Assembly (NCBI RefSeq): GCF_001194135.2
Contig: NC_068981.1
Span: 182,570,614 to 182,634,613, forward strand
Length of the DNA: 64,000 bases
Direction: 5' to 3'
From: Octopus bimaculoides
Lineage: Eukaryota
In this document: piece after piece, positions 22,201 through 35,140 of the stretch
Position numbering within the stretch: position 1 is the first letter of the stretch
Layout: every line of letters begins with the position of its first letter
The notes under the pieces: model-generated
Told to the model about the DNA's origin: nothing
Seen by the model: only the letters and a program-made list of their open reading frames with translations
Database searches by the model: none
Made by a program: the position numbers and the translations under genes

Positions 22201-23776
22201 AATTTAAGTCATATGCTATTCAATAAGCTACTTATTCATTGTTTTTATATAAAAATGCAATGTTCTTGAAATATTCTTATTATTATTTGCTTTAACCAAA
22301 ATACTGAAACAATAAACAATCAACATGTTCTGCTGTATTAGCTAGAAATTAGTTCTGACATTTGATATCATGCAGCAGTTCGGTATAGTCTTCTGTTTCA
22401 ACTTTCTCAATTTTACTTAAAAATAAATGTGCTTAAATTGTTTATGAATGTACAATACACATTTAGAACATTCTCAACATAGCATTTGCCTCAATTACAT
22501 AAAGGTACTCAATGTCCATAACAAGTGTTGTTTACATGTTACTGATTGAGTAGACATTGTTAAATGAAGAAGCAGTTTAAAGATATTTCAAAAATAATAA
22601 AACAATGGAGATTAATGATTGATGGATGACTGACTAATGAAACATATAATATTGTAATAGTAATGTTTCATAACCATTTGAGTGATTGAGATATTAATGA
22701 AAACTCAGCTATGTGGAGTGTGACAAGAAGTGATCTTCATGGAACCACCTTTTTTTTTTCTTCTTCTTCTTCTTCTTCTTCTTCTCCAAGCCACTGAATG
22801 CAACCAAATTTGTAAGCATGATGCTCAAGTTCAGAGGAAAGGAAAACAGGATGTTATTCATAATTTTTCCCTACAGCTAACAACATAACTGAAGTAAAAT
22901 GGCTCGAAAGAGTAAGATTACACTACTAAGGTATCTGAGAGGTCAAACCTTTGGCTTTCATTGCATGCTCTCAAGGTTTGATAACAGGGCCCAGAGAGGT
23001 AAAAAAATAACAAAATCAAAAGCGACTAAGCTTAAAACTTAAAATTATTTGAATATTTATGCAATTCTGTTATTGGTTTCAGTTAAGGGTTCTGGCCATG
23101 CTGGGGCACTGCCATCTGGGGATATTTTCCCCAAAAAAATTTTCTGTACTTTCAATAATAGTGCTTTATCTCAGTTTGGACAAGTTTCTTAGAAAGTGAG
23201 AAAGAAATAGAGAGAGTGAGTCAGATGCAAATATATTAGGTTAATTTTAAAATACTTTATTTTAAATAGTTAGGGGTCAAAGTCGTGCTTCCAACTGGAT
23301 ACCTGCAACAGGTTAGAAACTAAAGCAGGGCTTTAAAAAGCCTGACTTACCATTTATCTAATTAAAATATTTGTCAATATCAGAGTTAATGCAACACTCT
23401 GTTAAAGTGAGCAATGTACCATTGTGATTGGTAAAAAATCAAAAAAAAAAAAATATATAATATACTTATTGATGGACATTTCCACTCATCACGAGCATGT
23501 CAGCATAAATTAGCATGTCAGCATAAATTGTGGAGCGAGTGGATTAATGTCTTGGCAACTCTATGCTTCGTTTTAAACACTTAAAAATACTTGTATGAAT
23601 TTTTCTTTTACCTATTCGATGAATAAGCTCCATTTTCCTTGCCTCTTCTCCTAAAAGAAAATAAATAAAAACAAAAAAAAATATTAAAAATGATGGAGCA
23701 TGGATAATAAATTTATGAACTAAAAAAGTTCTCTATGTAAAGGAACCTTTCACAGAGAAAGTAACTGTGTTATTTT

Positions 23777-24150
23777 GCAAACACAACTATCGAGACTTTC
23801 CAAAATCTCATCATCAGGTTTGTTTTCTTTTCAACTGAATTTATTTCATTACATATTAGTCGGAACTGTGTCTTCGGCCTAGTTGTTGCTCTCTTCTACA
23901 TTTCAGCTGTGTATGTTCCAGCCTTCATCAGGTATCTTGTGACTCACATGGGATTGAACTCAACTTCTGGGTGACTGCACTGCATCAACTAGCTCCTCGT
24001 TCCATTATGCTATACCCATAGTGCAGTGCAGTCACTTAGACGTTTTGAGTTCAGTCCCAGGCAAGGCTGGATCATAAACAGCTGAAATGTAATGAAAGCA
24101 ACAATCAAAATGAGAAAACCACCAACTAATTACGTAATATAAAAATTCAT
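23777..24150. mobile_element. Inverted pair of short elements carrying hammerhead-like cores (Penelope pLTR-like)
   Basis: The reverse complement of 23830-23990 aligns to 24015-24150; CTGATGA-stem-GAAA at 23931-23901(-); a second degenerate core at 23822-23777(-). Confidence 0.6.
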
Positions 24151-25396
24151 TTCAGAAATACTGAAATGAATCTATTTATTTTACATATCACAGGCATGGC
24201 TGTGTGGTTAAGAAGCTTGCTTCTTAATCATATGGTCTTGGGTTCAGTCCCACTGTACAGCACCTTAGGCAAATGTCTTCTACTGTAGCTGTGGGCTGAC
24301 CAAAGCCTTGTGAGTGGATTTGGTAAAAATCAAGGTTGTTTGTATCCAGTCTTCTGTGAAGAACATGCCTGGCCATGGAGAAATTTTACCTTGCTTGGAA
24401 ACACATGAGGGTTGGCAAAAGAAGTGCATCCAGCTGTAGAAAATCTGCCTGAACAAATTTTGTCTGACCCATGCAAGCATGGAAAAGTAGATGTTAAATG
24501 AAGAAGATGATTTCATGTTAGCTGTACACATTATAATATAGTTAAATACTGTAAAGTGGTTGGTGATAGAAAAGGTACCCTGCTGTAAAAAAAAAAACAT
24601 GCCAAAAACTTTGACACACACAACAAAGGTAACTCATTTTCTCTGAAGAAAGACCGTGACGAGTGACAAAACACTGTGACCTACCCGAACCAAGCCAGCA
24701 TGGAAAAGCAGATATAGAATCATGATGATGACTATTATATGATCATAAAGCATGAAAATAGGTTTATAATTCAAGGTAGAAATGATTCTACATGAGAAAT
24801 TGTAAAACACAAAAAATACTTAACTGTTAATGATTAGGATTTAATAAAAATATGACATGTTAATTACCGATTTCAAAAATTAAGGGGAAAAAAACAAAAA
24901 AAAAACTTTGTTGAAATATTCAGGAAACTGGCTGGCATAAAATCACTATAACCCTTTAGCATTTAAACCGGCCATATCTGGCTCAAATATTCTATTTGCT
25001 TTATGTTTGAACAAGCAGTTCTGACTTCTCATACCTACACTACAATGTCATTCTAAAAATATACAATCACATCATTGAAATTTCGAAGCTGCAAGATGAT
25101 ACAGGATTAATCCAAGCGTTACATTTGACAGAATAGTCTAAATACTAAAGGGTTAATGATCAATGCCTGCTACACATGTAATAAATAGATTCGTTAAATA
25201 TCATTTTTAAGCTAAGTTTAATTATTAGACCATTACTTTTAGCTTTGTCTGCCAGTTACTTAAGGGAATGTACACAAAATTTAAGACAACAAAAATAAAA
25301 AGTGACCAGTGCCTTTTGATTGCTTAAATTCACTAATGCAATAGCATTTGTTTGTGTTTGTTTACAACAAAATGTATTATTACAAGAGGTATTCAA

Positions 25397-25781
25397 ATTG
25401 TTGTTGTTGACACTCCATCGCCTACGACGTTGAGGGTTCCAGTCGATCTGATCAACAGAACAGCCTGCTCCTGATATTAACGTGCAAGTGGCTGAGCACT
25501 CCACAGACACGTGTACCCTTAACGTAGTTCTCGGAGGCATTCAGCATGACACAGAGTGGGACAAGGCTGATCCTTTGAATTACAGGCACAACAAAAACAG
25601 GAAGAAAGAGTGAGAGAAAGTTTTGGTGGATGAGTACAGCAGGGTTCGCCACCATCCCCTGCCGGAGCCTCGTGAAGCTTTAGGTGTTTTCGCTCAATAA
25701 ACACTCACAGCGCCCGGTCTGGGAATTGAAACCGCGATCCTATGACCGCAAGTCCGCTGCCCTAACCACTGGGCCTCCACC
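25397..25781 (-). mobile_element. tRNA-derived SINE, family C, full length
   Basis: Homologous to the 17263 copy; (AAC)n tail; perfect 15-bp TSD acaagaggtattcaa at 25382-25396 and 25782-25796. Confidence 0.92.
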
Positions 25782-25879
25782 ACAAGAGGTATTCAAGTAC
25801 AATGTAGCAAATACAGTGAACAATGATAGAGTTGAAGAATTGTTTACATAAAACTGGGGGGAGATAAGTTAAATACATA

Positions 25880-26757
25880 CGAGGTCTGATCAATAAGTAT
25901 CCGGACTGTTGCCATAGTAACGAAGCTAAAGCATGAAGAGTGAAGCTGCTTGGCAAAGATTGACCTTGAACTCTGCTGCACATGCGCACTAAATGTTCAT
26001 GTTTTAGCTCATTTCTGCTGTTTACAGCAGTGCTTGGAAGGAAGGTGTGAAGCATGTGATCATCACATTGACCATGACAGAGAAAGTTGTCATGGTGATA
26101 CCTGCTCAGAGGCCTACGCAAAGTTGCATAAAATATATGGAGAAGAGTGTATAGGCCACACACAAGTATACAAGTGGTTCAGACATTTTCAAGATGGCCA
26201 CATAAATGTTGATATTGACAAACGTTCTGGGAGACCTGCAACCAGCAGAACTGAGAAAAACATCGCAGATGCGCATGAAGCTGTTTGGGGAAATTGTCGA
26301 ATCACCATCCGTGAGTTATCAGAAGATGTGCAGATTAGTTACGGTTCAGTTTCAGTCCATTATCACTGAAGATTCGGGGATGAGACATGTGGCTGCCAAG
26401 TTTGTGCCAAAACTGCTTTCAGCTGACCAAAAAGACACTCGGGTTTCAGCTGCACAAGATCTTGATTGTGTCAAGAACAATGAAAACTTTTTGAAAACTT
26501 TGTGTAGGCTTCTGAGCAGGTATTGCCAAGCTTTTGGCAAAATTTGATGCAAATTCTCTGCTCAACTTTCTCTGTCATCACACGCTACACACCTTCCTTC
26601 CAAGCACTGCTGTAAACAGCAGAAGTAAGCTAGAACATTAAAACTTAGTGCGCACGCACAGCAGAGTTCAAGGTCAATCTGTGTCAAACGGCTTCACTCT
26701 GCATGCTTTAGTTTTGTTACTATGGCAACAGTCCAGATACTTATTGATTAGACCACG
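25880..26757 (+). mobile_element. Non-autonomous mariner with ~250-bp inverted arms (transposase N-terminal half only)
   Basis: TA on both sides; termini cgaggtctgatcaataagtat / atacttattgattagaccacg; transposase remnant with YKWFRHFQDG, RSGRP, ITIREL, FVPKLL and NENFLKT, with no DDD catalytic domain. Confidence 0.92.
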
Positions 26758-29481
26758 TATATCAATCACAGAAAATAATGAGAAAACAAAATCAATAATT
26801 GACGTTTCACGATAGTTACTTCTATGTTTAGACTTTACAGAAACCAGGACACAGAAAAAGAAAACATTTCATTAAGAACTGTGAAGAATAAAATTAAGCA
26901 GGATTGATGAAAGAAAAGAAGGAAACTGTTGAGATATTCCATTCATTCACGTAATCATCACAAGATTGAAGGAAATTAAGGCTAATATTAGATGTAAAAA
27001 TATTTACAGTAACTTATAAGGTTTATAGGTGCAGATGTTGTTGTGTGGAGAGGAGTTTGGTTCCTAATTTCATGGTTCTGGGTTCAGTCCCACTGTGTGG
27101 TACCTTAGGCAAGTGCCTTCATCTATAACCCTCAAGCTGACCAAAACCACGAGTAGATTCATCAGCTGAGAACTAAAAGAAGCCTGTTATATACAAACAC
27201 ATTCTCGTGTCTCCTTGTCTTGGCATCAGATGATAGTTGTAAATGAGCATCACTGCCATACAAGCAGTGTCATTCCTTTCCAATATTCTGCTAGAACATG
27301 TCCAGCCATGGGGAAACATTACTTTTGCTTGGAAAACAAGTGAGGATTGGCAACAGGAAGGGCATCCTACCTAAATAAACTCAGTGTAACTCATACAAGC
27401 ATGGAAAAGTAGGTGTTAAAATGACGATAATGATGAGAAACATCATTTATCTATTTTTACTGACAGTTCATGCACAGGTGTAACAAAAGGATAAAATCCC
27501 TTCCCAAGTCATATAGGCTCATATAAGATCGGTTTCCCAGATTTTGTAACATATTTATTCCCCTCTGGATGAGATGCTGGTCTGTCACAAGATTACTCAT
27601 TTTTGTCAGCTGAATGGACTGAAGCAACGTGAAAAGAAGTATTTTGCTCAAGAACACAAAGCATTGTCCAGTCCAGGAATTGAAACCACAATCTTATGAT
27701 CATGAGTCCAACACCCCAACCACAAAACCATGTGCCTTCACACAGATATAATACTGATATAAAAACATATTTCCAGAGTTGTTCTAAACATATGCCTAGC
27801 CTTTAGTCTAGAGCATTGACTGCACAACCCATGTGTGGTGTAGTGACAGAAGGTGAAGTTACTGATAAATGCATTACACCACAAACAAATATTACTTGCA
27901 GTCCCTTGATGAAAAAATTACCATTTGATGTAAGGAGTCTCTAATCAGTTTTGTAATGGCTTCAGATATATTCTTGAAGTTGTCAATATAGAGTAACTAA
28001 CAAAGATACTTCTTAACAAAGATGAAGTTTAGCCTTGACACTAGATGCATGCCAACCTCCACTTTAAGCTTAGAGCCAAACACAAAATTTATGTATCTAT
28101 GAATATTGCTTACACAAATTTGTAAATTTTTTAGATGAATTTTGGATTAGGGTCCTTGTTTTTGTTGTTATAGCCAGAATATTTTGGGTAGAGTGGCCTC
28201 CAACCTTCTTCAGGTATGTCACCCCAACCCATGTTATTACAGATCAATCAGTGATAAGCATAACATGGATCACAATTGAGTGTAGCATGTAATACTGGAT
28301 CAGTGATGAATGAATCAGTGATAAACAAGGTTTCATGTACTAAATATACAAAAACACTTATCTTATTATTAAGAGAAGCAAAGAGTGGAAGCAAGCATTT
28401 AGCTGTGTTATTTTACATTTTACCAAAGCTGGCTCTCATAATTTGAAAGATGATAAAATACACGTCTCACTCTGTCATGTATTCAACTCAAGCAAGAAAT
28501 ACATATTTCAAAAAATTCTGAAATAGAAATTTTTACTAGCTCTTCTGAATTCAAAAACCTTTATGTCCTATCCAAAATACAACAGCAACAAAAAGTGATG
28601 AAATAATAAAGAGGCATTGACATTTTTGAAGTTATATGAGTGGATGCCCTTCCTAATGCCAACCATTTCACAGTAAAATGCACCCAGTATATTCTAATAA
28701 GTGGTTGGCATTATGAAGGACTCCTAGCCACAGAAACCATGCCAAAGCAGACACTGCAGTTTGATACAGTGTTCTGGCTTACCAGCTCCTACCAAACTGT
28801 CCAACCCATGCCAGTATGGAAAATAGGTGTTACATCATGATGATGAAAAGGCAGAGGATTTAGTATCCAGCCCCCTCTCCACCTCAATCACTCGAATCTG
28901 TTTCTCCCTCACCTCATCATGTTCTGGCTTTGTACTTCCCCTTACTCCATCTTGTCTTCTACCCACACTATAACCATTTCCCCTTACACCTTGTTACCTT
29001 AATCCCTTATCCCTTTAATGTGCTCTTGCTTTGTTCCCCTCTACTCATCCTGTTGGTTATGTTACCCAGAATGAGCAACGAGGACTCCTCTGTCTTGCTG
29101 AGTACAAGGCAACTTCATTAGTGCTGGTGCCATGAGAAAATGCAACCAGAACAACCAACACAGTGGTTGGTGAAAGAGCAGATACAGAGGACCATTTAGT
29201 CTTGGCCTCTCTTAAGCTGCTGCTATGATAGATAATACACCACCTACACCCTGTAAACTGGTTGGTGTTAGGAAGAGTAACATGCCAAAAATAGAACACA
29301 CAAAGGAAACGCAATCCCCTGACCCATCCAGCAGAGGAGCAACTCCAAATAAGACCTAACTCAGGCAGGGGCAATCCATCCAACTCATACCAGAAAGGTA
29401 GATAAAATGAACATAAAATGGTGATGATGATGATGGTGATATCAGAGGTTTAGTGATAATAGATTAACTCACATGTGTGGT

Positions 29482-29917
29482 CTGCCACAAAGTTCAGTCC
29501 TTGCTGTGATGAGGTGGTTTGAGTGCCTCTGTGACCCTGAGAGCTATGTCAGTAGAGTACAAGCTCCTGATAGGGTCTTGCATGCTGGACAGGTCAAAGG
29601 ATAGAGTCCAGACTAATATGGACCACCTCTGTCCAGAAGTAAAAATGGATTTGCGTAGGGTCAGCATAGGGCCAACACCCCTACCTAGAAAAAAAGCAAA
29701 GTTACAGAAGCATCGATGACAATTCAAAACCAACAAGACCTGGGAGAGGGAAAGGCCGTCCCTCAGGGAAGCAGGATGCTGAGGCAGAGATAAAAAAAAA
29801 GAAGCAAGGATCCAACTGGAGAGAAGCAGAAAAGGACAGCCAAGTGTTGAGAACAGTGGTGAAAAGCCATTGGCAGCATCTGTTCCATGGAGAGTGGAAG
29901 GCTTAAGTAGTAAGTGG
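29482..29917 (+). mobile_element. Bipartite RTE-derived non-autonomous element (5' UTR fused to 3' end)
   Basis: RTE-like 5' UTR (gtgaccctgagagctatg..gctcctgataggg..ggccaacacccctacc) joined to an ORF-end remnant (GRP..WREAEK..ICSMESGRLK) with a taag tail; 12-bp TSD cacatgtg(t/a)ggt at 29470-29481 and 29918-29929. Confidence 0.7.
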
Positions 29918-30132
29918 CACATGTGAGGTGCAAATAAGGACTGTAACTCCAGCCTGGAATTGAAACTGAAGCAGAGAACTCAGTTCATTGAATACTCACT
30001 ATTAATCTCCCCACAAACACACAAACATGCATTCAGGTCAGATAAGTATTAGTTGCAGGCATTAGAGAGCAGTTAACAAATATAGTGAAAGTAAAAAGGA
30101 CTGAGCTGATACTGTGTTAACAATTTGCTTAC

Positions 30133-30212
30133 TTGTTTTTCATAATGTGCAGATTCCACAACTTCATTAATTCTTTTTCACCCTCATTTACGTCTGTGAA
30201 CTCATCAATCAT
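30133..30212 (-). CDS. SUZ12: SUZ12 coding exon, VEFS box
   Basis: tctgtAG|ATG..AACAA|GTaagc; encodes MIDEFTDVNEGEKELMKLWNLHIMKN. Confidence 0.97.
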
Positions 30213-30407
30213 CTACAGAAAGAAAATAGATAGTAACCAATACAACTATAATGAACTTAATTACAGAGTTGCTATAATCAAATAATTTAAATATAATTTT
30301 CTCTTTTTAATATCAAAACACCTGAGTAGTACTTCAGTGGAAAGGGATTTTTTTTCTGCAAAATCCATTTTGAAAATTGAAAGAAATTTAACAGCTTGTA
30401 TTAATTA

Positions 30408-30626
<219 letters not shown>

Positions 30627-32109
30627 TCATGGTGAAGATTAGAGTCTGATAAAGGGCACAAGTATAAGGATTAAAAATGAAGTACCAAATTTGATAGCGT
30701 ATAAGACACACATTTTAACAAAAAAAAAACTAGGACCCATATGGGTCTTCTATCAACTCATTTTGTCCATGACATTCACTTTTCCTTGAATATGCGCTAC
30801 TGATATAGGGGTACATCTAATACCTTCTGTATATGAGACATTCCAATGAATAGAAGAGAAAAGCTCAATATCACTCTTGCCATAAAAAATGTAGTGAACC
30901 AATAGTATATGGCCTATTAGAAATCATGTTCATATATTGCAAGTGAGAATGCATGGCCTAATGGTTAGGGTGTTGCACTCACAATCACAAGGTCGTGGTT
31001 TCAATTCCTGGACTGGGTGGTGCATTGTGTTCTTGAGCAAAACACTTCATCATGTTGCTCTGCAAATAACATCGACATGTGATACAGTGTTCTCCTGTAA
31101 GCACCAGGCTTACAGGGAACAAGTCCAAGAGTTGATTTCTTCAAGTAAAGGGTGGTGCTCCAGCATGGCCACCGTCAAATGACTGAAACATGTAAAAGAA
31201 TGCCGAAAGAACGTTCCATACCACTAAACCAAGAAGGTTTCAAGGCTAAATAGTAATTCTGTTAACATTTGTGTAACTGAGATGTTTTGGTTGGATTATA
31301 CAGTAATGGGTTTTACACTTCTTTCTATATTTTCTAACTGTCATGACAGAAACATTTTTCATGGCACCAGCACAATTTACAGATGCTTACATTTTTTATG
31401 TTTTCCATGAATTTTTCACAGGTCCAGCTAGTAATTATGATTTTTATTAAGACAACGAGCTGGCAGAATCGTTGGCATGCCAAGCAAAATGTTTAACGGT
31501 ATTTCGCCTGTCATTACGTTCTGAGTTCAAATTCCACTGAGGTTGACTTGGTCTTTCATCCTTTTGGGATCGATGAAGAAGTACCAGTCGAGTACTGGGG
31601 TCGATGTAATCGACTATCCCCACTCCCCTCAAATAAGTTTCAGGCTTTGTGCCCGTACTAGAAAGGATTACTACTACTGCTACTACTACACAGCCACTAC
31701 AGTTTGAAATTCAAAATTGCAATTGTTACTCTCTTTTTACTCTTACTTGTTTCAGTCATTTGACTGCAGCCATGCTGGAGCACTACCTTTAGTTGAGCAA
31801 ATCGACCCCAGGACTTATTCTTTGTAAGTCTAGTACTTATTCTATCGCATTCTTTTGCCGAACCGCTAAATTACGGGGACGTAAACACACCAGCATCAGT
31901 TGTCAAGCGATGTTGGAATCATGTGGTTAGTAAGCAAGCTACTTACAACACAGCCACTCCTGCGCCTATGTTTATTTTTATTTAAATAATTGCACAGTTA
32001 TTTTTAGAGGAAATATGGGCACAGATCTATTTGATTGTGAGTTTATACACATGTATACACAGTAAAAGAGAGAAATGCATCTGATGGAAAAAAAAAACAA
32101 AACACTTAC

Positions 32110-32199
32110 CGATTGTGTCCCTGAATAAACTGTCGGTTGATTTGGTTATCTGTTTCTGGTTCCATAAATTCGGACAATAAAGGATCAGGGCGTTTTGGT
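32110..32199 (-). CDS. SUZ12: SUZ12 coding exon
   Basis: catccAG|A..AATCG|GTaagt; encodes PKRPDPLLSEFMEPETDNQINRQFIQGHN(R) (cf. PKR..SEFLE..GHNR). Confidence 0.94.
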
Positions 32200-32934
32200 C
32201 TGGATGGTGGTGGGGAAAAAAAAATTGTTTTATATATATCTCAGTTATTCTTTCCATTCACTTACTTCACATAAACATTGGTGTGTGTATGTACACCCAC
32301 ACAGTCTAAATTGTTTCCTACACAAGATCTTAAAAATAGGTATTTTTAAGGGTTTTTTTTAATGGCATTTTGTATTTTTTTTTAAACAATCATTTGGTCA
32401 TTCTCAAGAAGATGGAATGGTTCGTTGGTGGAACAATCATTCAACTAAAGCGGTGGAGCATTTAAAGATACTCTCCTTACGGGTCCATTAGAAGGACATA
32501 GCTGACTCCCTCGGATGTGCAATTTTAACAATGCGCTGAAGACTGCCAGGAAGAAACCTAGCAAAACAGAACTGAAGGGAGCTCACCAGTGTAATTAAGG
32601 AAAAGGGTGCAACATTACTAAAACACAAATGCTACTCCACTCAACAAATGCTAAGGACAAGAAAGAAGGCCCAGTAAAAAACCAGGCGTCTTGCAATAGA
32701 TTAACAGTTACAACTGTCAAAATAATCAGTACATTTGAACAGTGGCAATGTTTTCAAATATAACTACAATTCAACTATAACTAGAAGAGTATTGGGGATC
32801 TGTCATGGCAACAATCAAGCAAACACACACATATATATAAAAAAAAAATGGAACGTTATGAAATATTTGCTTTGAATTCAACCTAACATAACTCATCTCT
32901 TATTCTTTTACTATGTTATTTTAAAATACTTTAA

Positions 32935-33862
32935 CCCTTTCGTTACTAACGTGGCCGTCCAAAAACTTTTTTGGTTCATAAGACCAGCCCGGCCGAGAGC
33001 ACCCATTGTTATTTAAATGTATATTTGAACCCAAATCTCGTTAGTACATTCGTTAAAACACCTGATTTCACTTTGCAAACAGTTGAGTTATTGTCTCCGA
33101 CATTGTTTGGCGTGATATTTGAACTCAGTGAATTTTGGAAGATTTTTTTTTTCCACATTTTTTTCAACTTTGAAGATGGAGAGGAGTTTCATGCTATCAA
33201 GCAGTGATTCCGAATTTGAAGGTTTTTCAACAGAAGATATGGAGATATCGAAGAAAAGAATGAATGAGCTACAAAAGCACGTGGTGAACAATAATGAATC
33301 GGATATTTCTGTATCNNNNNNNNNNNNNNNNNNNNNNNNNNNNNNNNNNNNNNNNNNNNNNNNNNNNNNNNNNNNNNNNNNNNNNNNNNNNNNNNNNNNN
33401 NNNNNNNNNNNNNNNNNNNNNNNNNNNNNNNNNNNNNNNNNNNNNNNNNNNNNNNNNNNNNNNNNNNNNNNNNNNNNNNNNNNNNNNNNNNNNNNNNNNN
33501 NNNNNNNNNNNNNNNNNNNNNNNNNNNNACCCAGAATAACAAATTACTGGAGCGATCAGGAACCTTTTGGCAATGAATATATTTCCAGTATTATGAACGA
33601 GTACGATTCGTGAAGCTGAACCAATATTTACATGTGAGAGACACTAGCAGTACCCCCTCCCCACCAGTACGTGGAGAAAAATTATGCAATAAAATTGATT
33701 AAAAACCCTTTCTTTAATTATGTTCCAAATACCACATTAATATGTTGATAAATAAAAAAGTTACAGGTGTTTAATGAGACTAGTCTAAATTCATGATTAT
33801 TTTAGAATTTAATTGGAATTCATGATGGGTGTATTTTGGTCAGAAATATAGTAACGAAAGGG
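32935..33862 (+). mobile_element. Non-autonomous piggyBac deletion derivative (spans a gap)
   Basis: TTAA at 32931-32934 and 33863-33866; TIR ccctttcgttact / agtaacgaaaggg; remnants SDSEFEGFS and PRITNYWSDQEPFGNEYISSIM resemble PGBD-type transposase. Confidence 0.88.
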
Positions 33863-34963
33863 TTAAAAAAATTCATGATGAAAAATATCTGGTTGGAGAA
33901 AAAATATTAACAAAGTAGTCTTACTGCTTGCATCAATTTAGACTCTACTAAGAGATACATAAAAGATAGGTGATGGGGTTTTTTTTAAAACCTAGTGATA
34001 CATTAACCCTCAAACATTTAAATTGGCCATAATATTCAACCTGTTTTATGTTTAAACCATCTAAATTTGGCCTCTCCCACCTACCCTACAATATCATTTT
34101 AAAATAAACAATCACATCATTGAAATCGAAAAGCTATGAAATAATACATGATTAATTCAAAACAATGTGAATAAATAAGCATTAACATTTGATAAAGTAA
34201 TCTGAATGTTAAGGGGTTCAGTCTATCATTCAAAATCTACTTAAATCCACAATTCTAGAGGCATCTAGTTCCAGCTGGTATTTACCAACATTTTGTTTCT
34301 GTTTATACCTTCTCCACCCAATGTCTATATTTATATATTCACTTTATGGAAGTTACTTTTTGTTTTCTAAGAAGGTTTAAACAAACAAAAAAAAAAATCT
34401 AAAAATAAAAACTAAGTCAAATTTGAGACATTGATAAGGATACAGCTGAGGAGATTTAGGAAAAAAAAAATTCACCAAGGTCATGGTGCTTAGATCGTTG
34501 TTTACAATGTCAAGCAAGAATTCAAACTATGTTACACAACATGCACCATTCTAATTACCATTAAGAGAATCAGGCTGGAGAGCAATGTTTCTCCAAGTAA
34601 TTTCCTGTCCCTCTTTCCTAGTTAAGCCTCTCTACATGCTGGGTACAATGCCATCCCCCTCAATACTTCACCCAACCCTGTGAAGTGGGGTGTCTTGTTT
34701 TATGTGTTACTTGATGACCCAGTAGAGCTGATGCTATGGAAAAAATAAAAGCACCCAATACATTGTGTAAAGTGGTTAGTATTAGGAAGGGGCAGCCAAC
34801 CATAAAAAAACCTTGCTCAAGCAGACAATGGAGACCAACACAACCCTCAGGCAAGTCAGATTCTGTTGAACCATCCAACTCATGCCAGCATGAAACAAGA
34901 CATTAAATGATGACGATGATAATATTTTAGCTATATAGGATAAAAAAAACATATATTGTCTCA

Positions 34964-35140
<177 letters not shown>

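Noticed and set aside
23494-23530. Short perfect tandem duplications (18 bp here; 19 bp near 56733-56770; 17 bp near 3763-3796)
   Set aside because: Ordinary slippage duplications with no functional indication.
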